Shown: in pieces, positions 9,203 to 17,845 of the stretch
Position numbering within the stretch: the first letter of the stretch is position 1
Layout of the letters: the number at the start of each line of letters is the position of its first letter
Assembly (NCBI GenBank): GCA_051439425.1
Contig: JBFRWD010000175.1
Span: 1 to 37,785, forward strand
Direction of reading: 5' to 3'
DNA: 37,785 nt
DNA from: Synechococcus sp.
Lineage (GTDB): Bacteria > Cyanobacteriota > Cyanobacteriia > Thermostichales > PCC-7336
Position numbers and translations under genes: made by a program
The notes under the pieces: generated by a model
What the model saw: only the letters and a program-made list of their open reading frames with translations
Database searches by the model: none
What the model was told of the DNA's origin: nothing

Positions 9203-9648
9203 ACTTTCTCCTTTCCAAGTCCCACTCAGCCAATAGTGCGACCGCTCACGCTCACGACAGGTTGAATAACGACTACTGGGACAATTATTGTCAGATGGCA
9301 TCTGTCAAATTGCCAACTCTTGGAATAGTGGCAAGCCCTTGGGTAGAACGCATCGCCAGACTCTAGTCAGAGTTTGGTACCGCTGAACTGTCCCAGCGAT
9401 GCAGCTACCGCCAAACCAGTACTTATGTCATCAAGAATAGAAAGATTCAATCACGCCGCAACAGGTCGAGCAGTGATAGCGATCGCCACCTTAGAGCGAT
9501 CTCGATCTGCACAATCCTGCTTCCAACTTTGCCCGCCCTCCATCAATGGCTGTCATAGACAGCGGATTGATAGAGCTGAAATGTCCGCAGTGGGACGACC
9601 ACTGCTATAACCAAATAATAAAATTTGCCTCTATGAGGAGGTTCGGCA

Positions 9649-10557
9649 TCACAGCCGATGCTGACTCAACCAGTGGAGAATCAGAGGGTTAACCAGTTCG
9701 GGGCGCTCGTCATGGGGGCAGTGGCCGGTTTTGGGGAGCGAGACAAATTCGACGCGATCGCTGTACGAAGCATATTGCCGCCCTCGCTGAATGGGAGTCC
9801 ACGGATCGGCTTCGCCCCACAGGACCAGTAGAGGGCAGTTCACTTGAGGCAATAGCTCTTCCGGAGTCGGCCCGGGGTCGGCCCTGAGAATGGCGGCAAA
9901 GACTTTTTGGGCTCCCGGATCGCTGGCAGGTTCGTAGATGGCATCTACAAGGTCATCCGTCACAGCGGTACGGTTGCCGTATACCTGTTTGAGGGTGCCG
10001 CGAATGCGATGTTTTTGACGGACGCGATCGAACAACCACGGCCCAACCACCTCCGAGTTAACCGCTTTTTCAAACGTCCCCATCACCACCCGGAGGGGAA
10101 ACAGCAGCTCGGAGGGGCGATGGTTAAGACCACCCGCGCAATTGAGTAAAACTGCACCTGCCGATCGCTCCGGTTGATGGGTGACCAGCATCAAACTGAG
10201 AAGGGCTCCGATGGAGTTGCCCACAAAGACGGTGGGCTCTCGAATGAACTCCTCCCAATAGTCCGCAACCAAATCTCGCCACAGTTCCATCGAGTATTCG
10301 ATCGCTGGCTTATCCGACCCACCAAATCCGAGCAAGTCGATGGCGTGAACGCAGTATCCTGCATCGGCCAACACCGCAATATTTTTGCGCCAGTGAAAGA
10401 TAGACGCCCCAAACCCATGCAGCAGGACTAATGGAGTCCCCGTGCCGATGACAGCGTAGCGAATGCTGTACCCCTGCCACTCCCAGGTTTGGTAGTCGGG
10501 AATGGTGGAGGTGACTGGAGACGCTGAAGCAGGAGAGGCGATCGCAGTTGAGGACAT
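9649..10557 (-). CDS. Alpha/beta fold hydrolase
   Basis: Motifs LLHGFGAS, DLLGFGGSDKP, GNSIG (nucleophile elbow), WGEADPW and GHCPHDERP. Confidence 0.92.
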   Translation of the reverse strand: MSSTAIASPASASPVTSTIPDYQTWEWQGYSIRYAVIGTGTPLVLLHGFGASIFHWRKNIAVLADAGYCVHAIDLLGFGGSDKPAIEYSMELWRDLVADYWEEFIREPTVFVGNSIGALLSLMLVTHQPERSAGAVLLNCAGGLNHRPSELLFPLRVVMGTFEKAVNSEVVGPWLFDRVRQKHRIRGTLKQVYGNRTAVTDDLVDAIYEPASDPGAQKVFAAILRADPGPTPEELLPQVNCPLLVLWGEADPWTPIQRGRQYASYSDRVEFVSLPKTGHCPHDERPELVNPLILHWLSQHRL

Positions 10558-10812
10558 CAAAGAAAGCCGGACACTAATCTCATCCTAAACCGACCTTTAA
10601 GAACTGTTGCAGCTCCAGCGTTCCCTCGCCAAAGCGCAGCCGAAGTTGCGACGTCCAACAGCAAACCAGTGCATAGGGTCAAGGAATGCTCAATTGCGCA
10701 CGAGTCCAAATTGAAGAATCTAAAATGGTGTCCCACACTACAACTACAAAGCGTCAAAGACGCCGTAGCAGACCGCAACCCATCAATCAGCATTCAATCC
10801 AAGGTCGAACAA

Positions 10813-10854
10813 CCAATGACCAAGGACAAAGGACCAAGGACAAAGGACCAAGAC
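10813..10854 (+). repeat. Heptameric short tandem repeat (STRR-like)
   Basis: CCAATGA CCAAGGA CAAAGGA CCAAGGA CAAAGGA CCAAGAC; same family as the reverse complement of 8198-8231. Confidence 0.8.
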
Positions 10855-10929
10855 TTATCCCCCATCACAGTTCTCCCCCCATTGCCCCCTGTCGCCTTCG
10901 CCTTCGCAGCAAACCCATTAGTTCCCACC

Positions 10930-12600
10930 ATGAAACGAATAACAGTTATCGTTCTGGCAGCACTCCTATTCATCGGCTCGATCGCTCAGCCAGGGCTTTG
11001 GGCCAGATTTGGCGGTGACGATCCAACAGCGATCGCCGCCGAGCCGCAGGTACCTTTATTCGATGGCTTGAGCACGGTACACCATGCCATCACCACCGAT
11101 TCAGACAGTGCCCAGCAGTATTTCGATCAGGGGTTGGCCCTAACCTACGGATTCAACCATGCAGAAGCGGTGCGTGCCTATCGAGAGGCGACCCGCCAAG
11201 ACCCCGACTGTGCGATGTGTTATTGGGGCGTGGCGTTTGCGTTGGGGCCGAATATCAACGCGGCTATGGATGACGAGGCAGTTCCGGATGCCTACAGTGC
11301 GATGCAGATGGCAGAGGAACTATCCGACAATGCCAGCGATCGCGAACGGGCTTACATTCAAGCACTGTCCTCTCGCTATAGCGAAGCTGCAGTCGACGAT
11401 CGATCGCCTTTGGACACCAGCTTTGCGGAAGCAATGGGCAAGGTGGTCGAGCAATATCCGGACGATCTGGATGCGGCTGTGTTCTACGCAGAAGCACTCA
11501 TGGACACCACCCCTTGGAACTATTGGGATGAGGACGGTCAACCTCGGGAAGCCACACGTAAGGTGTTAGACACGCTGGAATCGGTGATGAGGCGAGATCC
11601 CAACCATCCCGGCGCTAACCATCTCTACATTCATGCAGTAGAAGCAGTACATCCCGAATGGGCAGAAGCTGCTGCCGATCGCCTCGGAACTTTAGTACCG
11701 GGATCCGGTCACCTGGTTCACATGCCCTCCCACATCTATATCAACATCGGTCGCTATCGCGATGCCGCGTCAGCCAACGTCGATGCGATCGCAGCGGACG
11801 ATGAGTACGTCACCCAATGCCACGCCCAGGGTATTTATCCGCTGGCCTATATGCCTCACAACGAGCATTTTTTGTGGGCCAGTGCAGCCATGAGTGGCCA
11901 GAGCGCATTGAGCATTCAGGTGGCGAGAGATTTGGCGTCAGGACTGAACCAAGAGATGATGCCGGAACTGGGCGCAATCCAGCATTACTCGGCGATTCCG
12001 TACTACGCGCTGCAGCGGTTCGGGCGGTACGACGAGATTTTGGCGGAACCGGCTCCTGCCAGCGGTCTTGAGTACCCAACCGGTGTGTGGCACTACGTTC
12101 GCGGTATGGCCTATGCCGCTAAAGAGCAATTTGACGAAGCGGAACAGGAGTTACAGCAGTTGCAGACAATCGCTGCCGATCCTGCAATCGAAGACGTAAC
12201 CATTTGGGATTTGAACTCCACGGCCCGGTTACTGGAGATTGCCAGCGATGTTCTGCAGGGTGAAATTGCCTCTCGACAAGAGGATTGGGATGGAGCGATC
12301 GCCAATTTAGAAGCGGCGATCGCGATTGAAGACCAGTTGATTTATGACGAGCCCGAGGATTGGAATCAGCCGGTACGCCAGTTGTTAGGGGCCGCATTGT
12401 TGGCAGCCGACCGACCGGTAGAGGCCGAGGCGGTTTATCGCGAGGACTTACTGGATAACGAGCGCAATGGCTGGTCGTTGTTTGGTTTGACCCAAAGCCT
12501 GGAGGCGCAAGGTCGAGAAGCAGAAGCAATGTTAGTGCAAGCGCGCTTTGATGAGGCTTGGCAAGATGCTGACGTTCAACTGACGGCATCGCGATTTTAG
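10930..12600 (+). CDS. Secreted/periplasmic TPR-repeat protein with conserved His-rich motifs
   Basis: Signal peptide MKRITVIVLAALLFIG...; motifs QYFDQGL..YGFNHAEA, DPDCAMCYWG, HPGANHLYIHAVE and GHLVHMPSHIY; helical repeats throughout. Confidence 0.85.
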   Translation: MKRITVIVLAALLFIGSIAQPGLWARFGGDDPTAIAAEPQVPLFDGLSTVHHAITTDSDSAQQYFDQGLALTYGFNHAEAVRAYREATRQDPDCAMCYWGVAFALGPNINAAMDDEAVPDAYSAMQMAEELSDNASDRERAYIQALSSRYSEAAVDDRSPLDTSFAEAMGKVVEQYPDDLDAAVFYAEALMDTTPWNYWDEDGQPREATRKVLDTLESVMRRDPNHPGANHLYIHAVEAVHPEWAEAAADRLGTLVPGSGHLVHMPSHIYINIGRYRDAASANVDAIAADDEYVTQCHAQGIYPLAYMPHNEHFLWASAAMSGQSALSIQVARDLASGLNQEMMPELGAIQHYSAIPYYALQRFGRYDEILAEPAPASGLEYPTGVWHYVRGMAYAAKEQFDEAEQELQQLQTIAADPAIEDVTIWDLNSTARLLEIASDVLQGEIASRQEDWDGAIANLEAAIAIEDQLIYDEPEDWNQPVRQLLGAALLAADRPVEAEAVYREDLLDNERNGWSLFGLTQSLEAQGREAEAMLVQARFDEAWQDADVQLTASRF

Positions 12601-12697
12601 AGCAGATCGGCAGAACCAACCGAATGCCTGTCGATCGCGCAGTTGCTTTGCAAAAAGCTGTGAGGTGATGGAGGTTGCTTGGTTGTCTACTCCGGCT

Positions 12698-13024
12698 TTA
12701 GCTGTAGTGAAATCGGCAGGTCAAGAAGTCGATTTTTGCCCTGCCTACCCTGTAAACCAGTCGGTCTTCTAATGTGATTCTGCGGCTCCAGAGATCGGAG
12801 CCGATATGTTTCAAAGGCTCTGGTTTACCCGTTCCGGTAAACGGATGTTCCAAACATTCGTCAATCATTCTCCATACCTTGTCGTAGGCTGGAAGATTAG
12901 TTCGCGCCAAGTGCTTGAGATCGTCGCGAAATTCGGGCTCGAAGATAGGGCATCTAGCTGGCTGGGTCGATTCTGGTGTCTTCGGCGAAGATTTCGACGG
13001 TATTCGCTTCTTCTTTTTGCTCAC
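12698..13024 (-). CDS. yoeB: Txe/YoeB family type II toxin (RelE superfamily)
   Basis: PFTGTGKPEPLKH...WSRRITLEDRLVY...CRFHY is the YoeB signature; lies downstream of a Phd/YefM antitoxin. Confidence 0.92.
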   Translation of the reverse strand: MSKKKKRIPSKSSPKTPESTQPARCPIFEPEFRDDLKHLARTNLPAYDKVWRMIDECLEHPFTGTGKPEPLKHIGSDLWSRRITLEDRLVYRVGRAKIDFLTCRFHYS

Positions 13025-13316
13025 AATACTGCCGCAGTTCTGCTTTGACTTGCTCTGGGTCGATCGCGTCTGGTGTATCGAGGTCGCGGGCTTGAGAGCG
13101 TTCTAAGGCTGTAAACAGTCGTTGGGCATTGTGGGGCGATCGCAGGAGATGAACGGTTTCCATCAGGCTGCTGAGTTCGGATTCGGCAATGATGGCGACG
13201 TTGGGGGCGTCTTTGCGCTTGACGATGACGACGGAGCTATCGTTCGCAACTTCGTCGAGGATTTTGAAGAACTCTTTGCGGGCGTTGGTGGCTGATTCTG
13301 TTTTGCTGACCAGCAT
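12954..13316 (-). CDS. yefM: Phd/YefM family antitoxin
   Basis: Motifs SATNARKEFFKILDEV and SLMETVHLLRSPHNAQRL; overlaps the toxin gene. Confidence 0.92.
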   Translation of the reverse strand: MLVSKTESATNARKEFFKILDEVANDSSVVIVKRKDAPNVAIIAESELSSLMETVHLLRSPHNAQRLFTALERSQARDLDTPDAIDPEQVKAELRQYCEQKEEANTVEIFAEDTRIDPAS

Positions 13317-13319
13317 ACC

Positions 13320-13350
13320 TGTACCTGAAAGCTGTACATATTGAGATTAT
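13320..13350 (-). promoter_or_regulatory. Putative yefM-yoeB operator/promoter
   Basis: TGTACC (13320-13325) and TGTACA (13333-13338) cores sit just upstream of the antitoxin ATG, like the paired TGTACA cores of YefM operators. A GATAAT/TAATCT -10-like element lies on the minus strand near 13344-13352. Confidence 0.6.
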
Positions 13351-13479
13351 CTACTCGTTACCTTGAGTGTCAATCGGTAAGAGCGGAGTCGTTGAGCGTC
13401 AACCAGGATGGCTTGAAATCAGTTTGGCGATCGCGGTTGCGGGTTCGTTCACCACCGCTCCGGCCACAGCAGTCAGTTC

Positions 13480-14121
13480 ATGCTGCGAGGTCGCTGGCAC
13501 TGGAAATCGGTTACGACCGGCACTAGCTACGGCTATCGAAATCAGCTATTCACCGATTACGCCAGTGGCCTGTTTATGGGACAGGGGAACGATACTCACA
13601 TTGACTGGGTTGCCCTACCTAATGGAGCCCCCCAAGGCGACAAGAACTGCAGTGTTCTGATCGACGGTTGCGACGGCGTAATATTGGCCTTCCACAATTA
13701 CGAGGGAGGCAAGAAAGATCAAAGCAGGCTGGCAGACTTGCGAATCGAGAACAGCAAAAACTGTGCCGTCCTGGGTGGCATCAAACGCGAGGCCAAGACG
13801 GGAATTGTCTACATCAAGGACTCCGACAACATCCTTATCACCTCCTTTGGGGCAATGCGGGAGACGCCGCAAGACAACCTGATCTATGTCATTGACAGCA
13901 CTAACGTTCTGCTCGGCCCTGCCAACGTGCAAGCGCAGCTAGAGAGCGCGACCGGCAACTTGCTTGAAATCATAGAAAACGACTCGAACGACTTGATGAT
14001 CGGCTACCCCCAAGGCTTCTCAATTGTGAAACAGGGGGATTTTGGCATTGAGGCTTTATATCCCAACCCAGATGCCGAGTTCCAAGCAGTGTTCTCGATC
14101 TCGGTGGGGTTCTGTATGTAG
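13480..14121 (+). pseudogene. Probable C-terminal fragment of a parallel beta-helix (pectin lyase-like / GH28-GH55-related) protein
   Basis: Repeating I-x-I-x-[DN]-S-x-N pattern (LRIENSKNCAV, VYIKDSDNILI, IYVIDSTNVLL). No clear SD or signal peptide; lies at the island edge. Confidence 0.45.
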
Positions 14122-14283
14122 TGCGCAATTTGGGTGAAGGGAAAAAATTGAATTACGTGGAGCAATGGCAAGTCATGCAGTGAGCCTAAAGCCTAAGAAA
14201 ATTGCGCGAAAGTGCGAATTACAAAGTTATTCCGTGTGCTAGCAACGCCATGAATTAGCAATGATTATTCTTACGCTTTTCAG

Positions 14284-15114
14284 TCACTTATTACTATTTT
14301 TTGCTGCTTGGTACCCATCACGGGATAGTGGTGGTGTGATCTTAATGGGCCATTTTGTTTCGGAATTGTAGAGTATGCCATCGAGCTTAGCCTCCGCAAG
14401 ATTGGCATCTCTTAAGTCTGCTCCTCTTAGATCAGCACCACGAAGGTCAGTATCTTTAAGATTCGCCATACTTAGATCGGCATCTCTAAGGTCAATATTT
14501 ATAAGATTTGCCTCACTAAGGTCTATTCCAGAGAGATGTATTCCCGAAAGGTTTAGCGATTCTAAGTCTATTCCTGCCAACTTTGGCTTTACCGTTGTGT
14601 AGATACCTGCGGAAGATAAAAACTTAAGAACAATTCTTGTCTTCTCGCTATCGTGCCTACACCTTCTCAAGACTGATTTTGTCCTAGCTTCAATCAGAGT
14701 CCTTGAAGAACTAAGAATACTTGGCTCTTGGTATTTTTGGTATTTATATTTAAATTTTCGAGAGAGAGATATTATATCCTTCTCAATAATCAATTCGGAT
14801 ATACTATCAAAATAATTCAGTAAAAACTTTTCCTTTGCCTTATCATTATCGCTTCTCCGTTGAACCTGGTCTAATATCCTACCAAAACAAGCTAACACTA
14901 GCGGCACCACGAGCAATTTCAGCCATTCCAATATCGTGACACCTACAATGGTGCATTCATCTAGCTCTCTTTCACCATCAACATTCGGAGGGCATTTTCT
15001 ATGGAGAGCAAATGCCAAGTAACACACAAAAACAAAGACAGGAAGAATAATTTTCCAATTACGTTTAAACCAATTATTACTTGTTTTGGAATTGCCTTTC
15101 TGATTCTCAGTCAC
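14284..15114 (-). CDS. Membrane-anchored pentapeptide-repeat protein
   Basis: Two N-terminal hydrophobic segments; C-terminal A(D/N)Lxx repeats (ANLIN IDLRD ADLSM ANLKD TDLRG ADLRG ADLRD ANLAE); AT-rich DNA. Confidence 0.88.
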   Translation of the reverse strand: MTENQKGNSKTSNNWFKRNWKIILPVFVFVCYLAFALHRKCPPNVDGERELDECTIVGVTILEWLKLLVVPLVLACFGRILDQVQRRSDNDKAKEKFLLNYFDSISELIIEKDIISLSRKFKYKYQKYQEPSILSSSRTLIEARTKSVLRRCRHDSEKTRIVLKFLSSAGIYTTVKPKLAGIDLESLNLSGIHLSGIDLSEANLINIDLRDADLSMANLKDTDLRGADLRGADLRDANLAEAKLDGILYNSETKWPIKITPPLSRDGYQAAKNSNK

Positions 15115-15240
15115 AGAGAATTACCCATATTTTTTCTTTCTGTAGTGCGGCTTAGTGTTGAGCCTAGACTTATGCCACCTACACGTACTGAACGTTCCTT
15201 CCGAGTGCAATAGCCCACTATCGTATAGCTGCCATCTGAC

Positions 15241-15293
15241 GTACATCTGACTATCACGAGCGATGCACCAACGCTCGTGATAGTCAGATGTAC
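15241..15293. repeat. Perfect 22-bp inverted repeat with 9-nt loop
   Basis: GTACATCTGACTATCACGAGCG-ATGCACCAA-CGCTCGTGATAGTCAGATGTAC. Confidence 0.95.
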
Positions 15294-15409
15294 ACTGCTG
15301 CAAAATATCTCTCGTCCCTTGTGTCCGTATAGGTTGAGCCGATAGCGTTTCACATCCCGTAGTTTAGCGCTTAGCGCCCTACAACCTAGGCCAAGAATAC
15401 TATGTGTAG

Positions 15410-16087
15410 TCAAAGCATACCGGCCAACAGATCTATCAAATCGCTCTTTTTTTCGAATTGTGGCAAATGGCCGGTTGTCATGTTTTTTCCCGACAAGGAG
15501 GAGGCTGCCGAGGTCATTAGATTTTGTGAAGCAAGGGGGATTATCAGGTCGTTAGCAGTATAAATGTAAGTTTTTGGAATGTCGTCAAATTCATCACTGG
15601 CAGTAAATTCAAAGGATAACGGGCCGCCGGGCTGTTTCACTAGAGCGCTCCATCCAGAGGGGTAGCCAATGAATTCCTGGATGACACCCTGGGGTGTTGT
15701 GCCAAAAGTGCTTGCAAGTCCGCTGATAGTGTCACTAGTCGAGGGCAGCATTGCGGCCACGTATATCAAGGCTTTCACACGATTGGGATATCGAACTGCA
15801 ACTTCAGATATGACAAATCCGCCCATGGAATGGCCGATCAAAACCACGTCATTTGCCCCCCCCGACGCGGGGAAATCCGCGACAACAGAGGCGACATACT
15901 GGTCCATTGTTACCGAAGGAGGGCTAGCTGGATTGGGCACCCCAAAGGATAAAAACCATTTAACGGTATGGCCTGCAAGCGTTACCGCACTAGTGTCGCC
16001 AAAGGCTTTGATCCTCGAATCATTTTCAACGCCATTCCAACTCTCAGCATTTGCAGCCATGCCGTGAACGAAAATGATCTTGGTCAT
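15410..16087 (-). CDS. Alpha/beta hydrolase (SABP2/methylesterase-like)
   Basis: Motifs FVHGMAANAESW, GHSMGG, LIYVAAMLP, TYIYTANDLIIP and TGHLP; GGGAGAG SD. Confidence 0.85.
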   Translation of the reverse strand: MTKIIFVHGMAANAESWNGVENDSRIKAFGDTSAVTLAGHTVKWFLSFGVPNPASPPSVTMDQYVASVVADFPASGGANDVVLIGHSMGGFVISEVAVRYPNRVKALIYVAAMLPSTSDTISGLASTFGTTPQGVIQEFIGYPSGWSALVKQPGGPLSFEFTASDEFDDIPKTYIYTANDLIIPLASQNLMTSAASSLSGKNMTTGHLPQFEKKSDLIDLLAGML

Positions 16088-16191
16088 AACTCTCTCCCTA
16101 AAACGAATTAGAAATTTGTACCGTAGCAGAGCAATTTAGAGAACCCAATCTGGGGGTAGAACGTAGGTCGAAATTCATCTGAATTCAAGCG

Positions 16192-16290
16192 ACATAGCGC
16201 TGAATTGAGCGGCGCTTGATTACGCACGACCAAGGTAGAATCGAAGAAAGAGGCAAGGTCAGGCGTCCATGTCCACCGAATTGTTAGATT
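16192..16290 (-). mobile_element. Degenerate integron attC site
   Basis: Minus strand reads R'' (A)ATCTAAC, spacer AATTC, GGTGGACATGGACGCCTGA ... TCAAGCGCCGCTCAATTCAGC, then R' GCTATGT (GTT mutated to GCT). It begins 12 nt after the 16303 stop. Confidence 0.7.
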
Positions 16291-16302
16291 TAGTTTCAGA
16301 TC

Positions 16303-16686
16303 TCAGCCATCAAGAAAGTTTCGCGCAGCAATTGACATATCGTCTAAAGCAATATTATATTTTGCTATGTCATTTTCGGTATAAGAGGTTGGATCCGTCC
16401 AGTATTCAGCTTTCAAAAAACAGCGATCTGCAAACTCCGAATCTATTGTTCGAATCTTGATATGGGCATCGTTCCAAAGATTGGATAATTCCGATTGTTC
16501 ATCTATATCTCTCTCATTTGCATTGAGTGACGCCAAGTATTTTCTAGTTTCTAATACAGCTGTCGAAATAGCGACGACAGCCGCATTTGCCCTCTCTTTC
16601 TCGGCCATATTATTTCGGTCATATCTATTAACCCACTCACGTATCTCACGAGAAATACCTGAAATCAGATCTAGTTGAAATGCCAT
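16303..16686 (-). CDS. Hypothetical helical protein carried as an integron gene cassette
   Basis: 127 aa with an AAGGAG SD. Bounded upstream by GTTAGATT (16721-16714) and downstream by its exact complement AATCTAAC (16290-16283). Confidence 0.8.
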   Translation of the reverse strand: MAFQLDLISGISREIREWVNRYDRNNMAEKERANAAVVAISTAVLETRKYLASLNANERDIDEQSELSNLWNDAHIKIRTIDSEFADRCFLKAEYWTDPTSYTENDIAKYNIALDDMSIAARNFLDG

Positions 16687-16713
16687 ATTCTGCTCCTTAG
16701 GATATTAATACTG

Positions 16714-16830
16714 AATCTAACTATTGATTAGTGGGAAATTATCCGACCACCCTCCATATGTATAACCAGGAGAGATAAATCCGCATAACCACCTAGAAAA
16801 GGCGTTTAGAAAGACGAATAGTCCGCATAA
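16714..16830 (-). mobile_element. attI-like site of an integron lacking its integrase
   Basis: Minus strand CCCACTAATCAATAGTTAGATT has a GTTRRRY core, a layout like attI1 (CCCTAAAACAAAGTTAGGC) and no attC hairpin. Upstream direct repeats TTATGCGGA lie at 16780-16788 and 16822-16830. Confidence 0.6.
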
Positions 16831-16959
16831 TATCCCTCAAAACCGAAAAAAGGCAGAAATTTAATGCGCGTTTTTGCTTTGATTGTATGTTTTTATTCAC
16901 CAAAGATCTCGCAACTGGTGATGAGTCGGAGCAGAGCTTGGAGTCAGTGATGCGATCGC

Positions 16960-17745
16960 TCACGCCACTATTCCGGGGTAAGAAGTCACCCCCCGCCCCC
17001 AACCGGTCTTGTCAGGGCCAAAGTTCCATATCTTCGACATCAGTTTGTAAGAGTACTTGTCGTAAGCCCCCGATTTTGTGTTGTCGTAAGCATTACTCGC
17101 CCCTTGCCTGACACCAAAGGGATCGTGAGCCCAGAAGAACTCCTCATTCGGATCGTGTCCAACGACCAAAACAATGTGACCGCCCTTTTTGTAGCGGACC
17201 CCAATTACTGTGGGGACTCCCTTCTCTAACTGCTCGATCGGTTGCGATCGAGTCATCTCTGTTTCCCATTAAGACTCAACGCCCCAAACCTTCAACACCT
17301 TAGTCTGTATTTCGTGGCTGGTGGTGTCTCCGTACTTGGCAACGTAATTGTCGTAAACAGCTTCCGGCTCTGGCTCACCCCGCTCTAAGGCTGCCGCGCT
17401 CAGAGCGCCATCAGTAAGGTAGTCACACAGCATTGCACAGCTAGTGGTGTTGCACTGGCGACCACCAGGGCCAAAAATGTCGGTTTCGTTGTCGAGCTGG
17501 CTGTAGTAAGGAACAGCTAGCTTTATCTTACCGCCCTGCTCTTTAACCTCTAATTCGACAGGCCCAAGCAGCCCTCGATAGTGAGGCTTAAACCTGTCTT
17601 CGATGTAGTCGCCTAGCGCGTTGAGCGCTTCAAATTGGTGAGAGTGTTCGCCGGATGGATCGAGGTAAGCGAGCGATCGCTGAACAAACTGCAAGCTTGG
17701 GAGAAACGAAAAGTCTGTAGACATTGACGCGGTTGCCTGCTGCAT
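16960..17745 (-). pseudogene. C39-like cysteine peptidase (phage-type) interrupted by an in-frame TAA
   Basis: ORFs 17269-17745 and 16960-17256 are in the same frame (...WGVES*WETEMTRS...). The motifs VPYYSQLDN, QCNTTSCAM, YGDTT, GGHIVLVVG and HDPFG (Cys-His-Asp) are split across the stop. Confidence 0.8.
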
Positions 17746-17845
17746 TCCCCGTCAAAATTCTACAAATTACTGGGGAAAGAGAGGGGAAGATTGAGAATAA
17801 ACAACCATAATCTCTTGCTATTTAAGGTGCCTGGGCATCAAGCGG

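Noticed and set aside
10669..10929. N-terminal extension of the TPR ORF given by the ORF track (similar extensions at 9203-9301, 26427-26618 and 32310-32342)
   Set aside because: It translates STRR repeats and intergenic DNA; downstream ATGs give a proper signal peptide, SD or domain start.
15200..15300. Retron msr/msd or protelomerase site as explanation for the hairpin
   Set aside because: No reverse transcriptase or protelomerase gene in the window, no a1/a2 flanking repeats, and the palindrome has a 9-nt spacer.
15111..15413. 100-aa ORF exactly bridging the hydrolase and pentapeptide genes with 4-nt overlaps at both ends
   Set aside because: TTG start, no recognisable motifs, and it runs through the perfect palindrome. 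Probably chance, though not excluded.
16887..17111. 74-aa plus-strand ORF divergent from the attI-like site, containing RKHYS, as a possible IntI remnant
   Set aside because: RKHYS lies at the C-terminal end and comes from the antisense strand of the C39 gene; no other tyrosine-recombinase motif is present.
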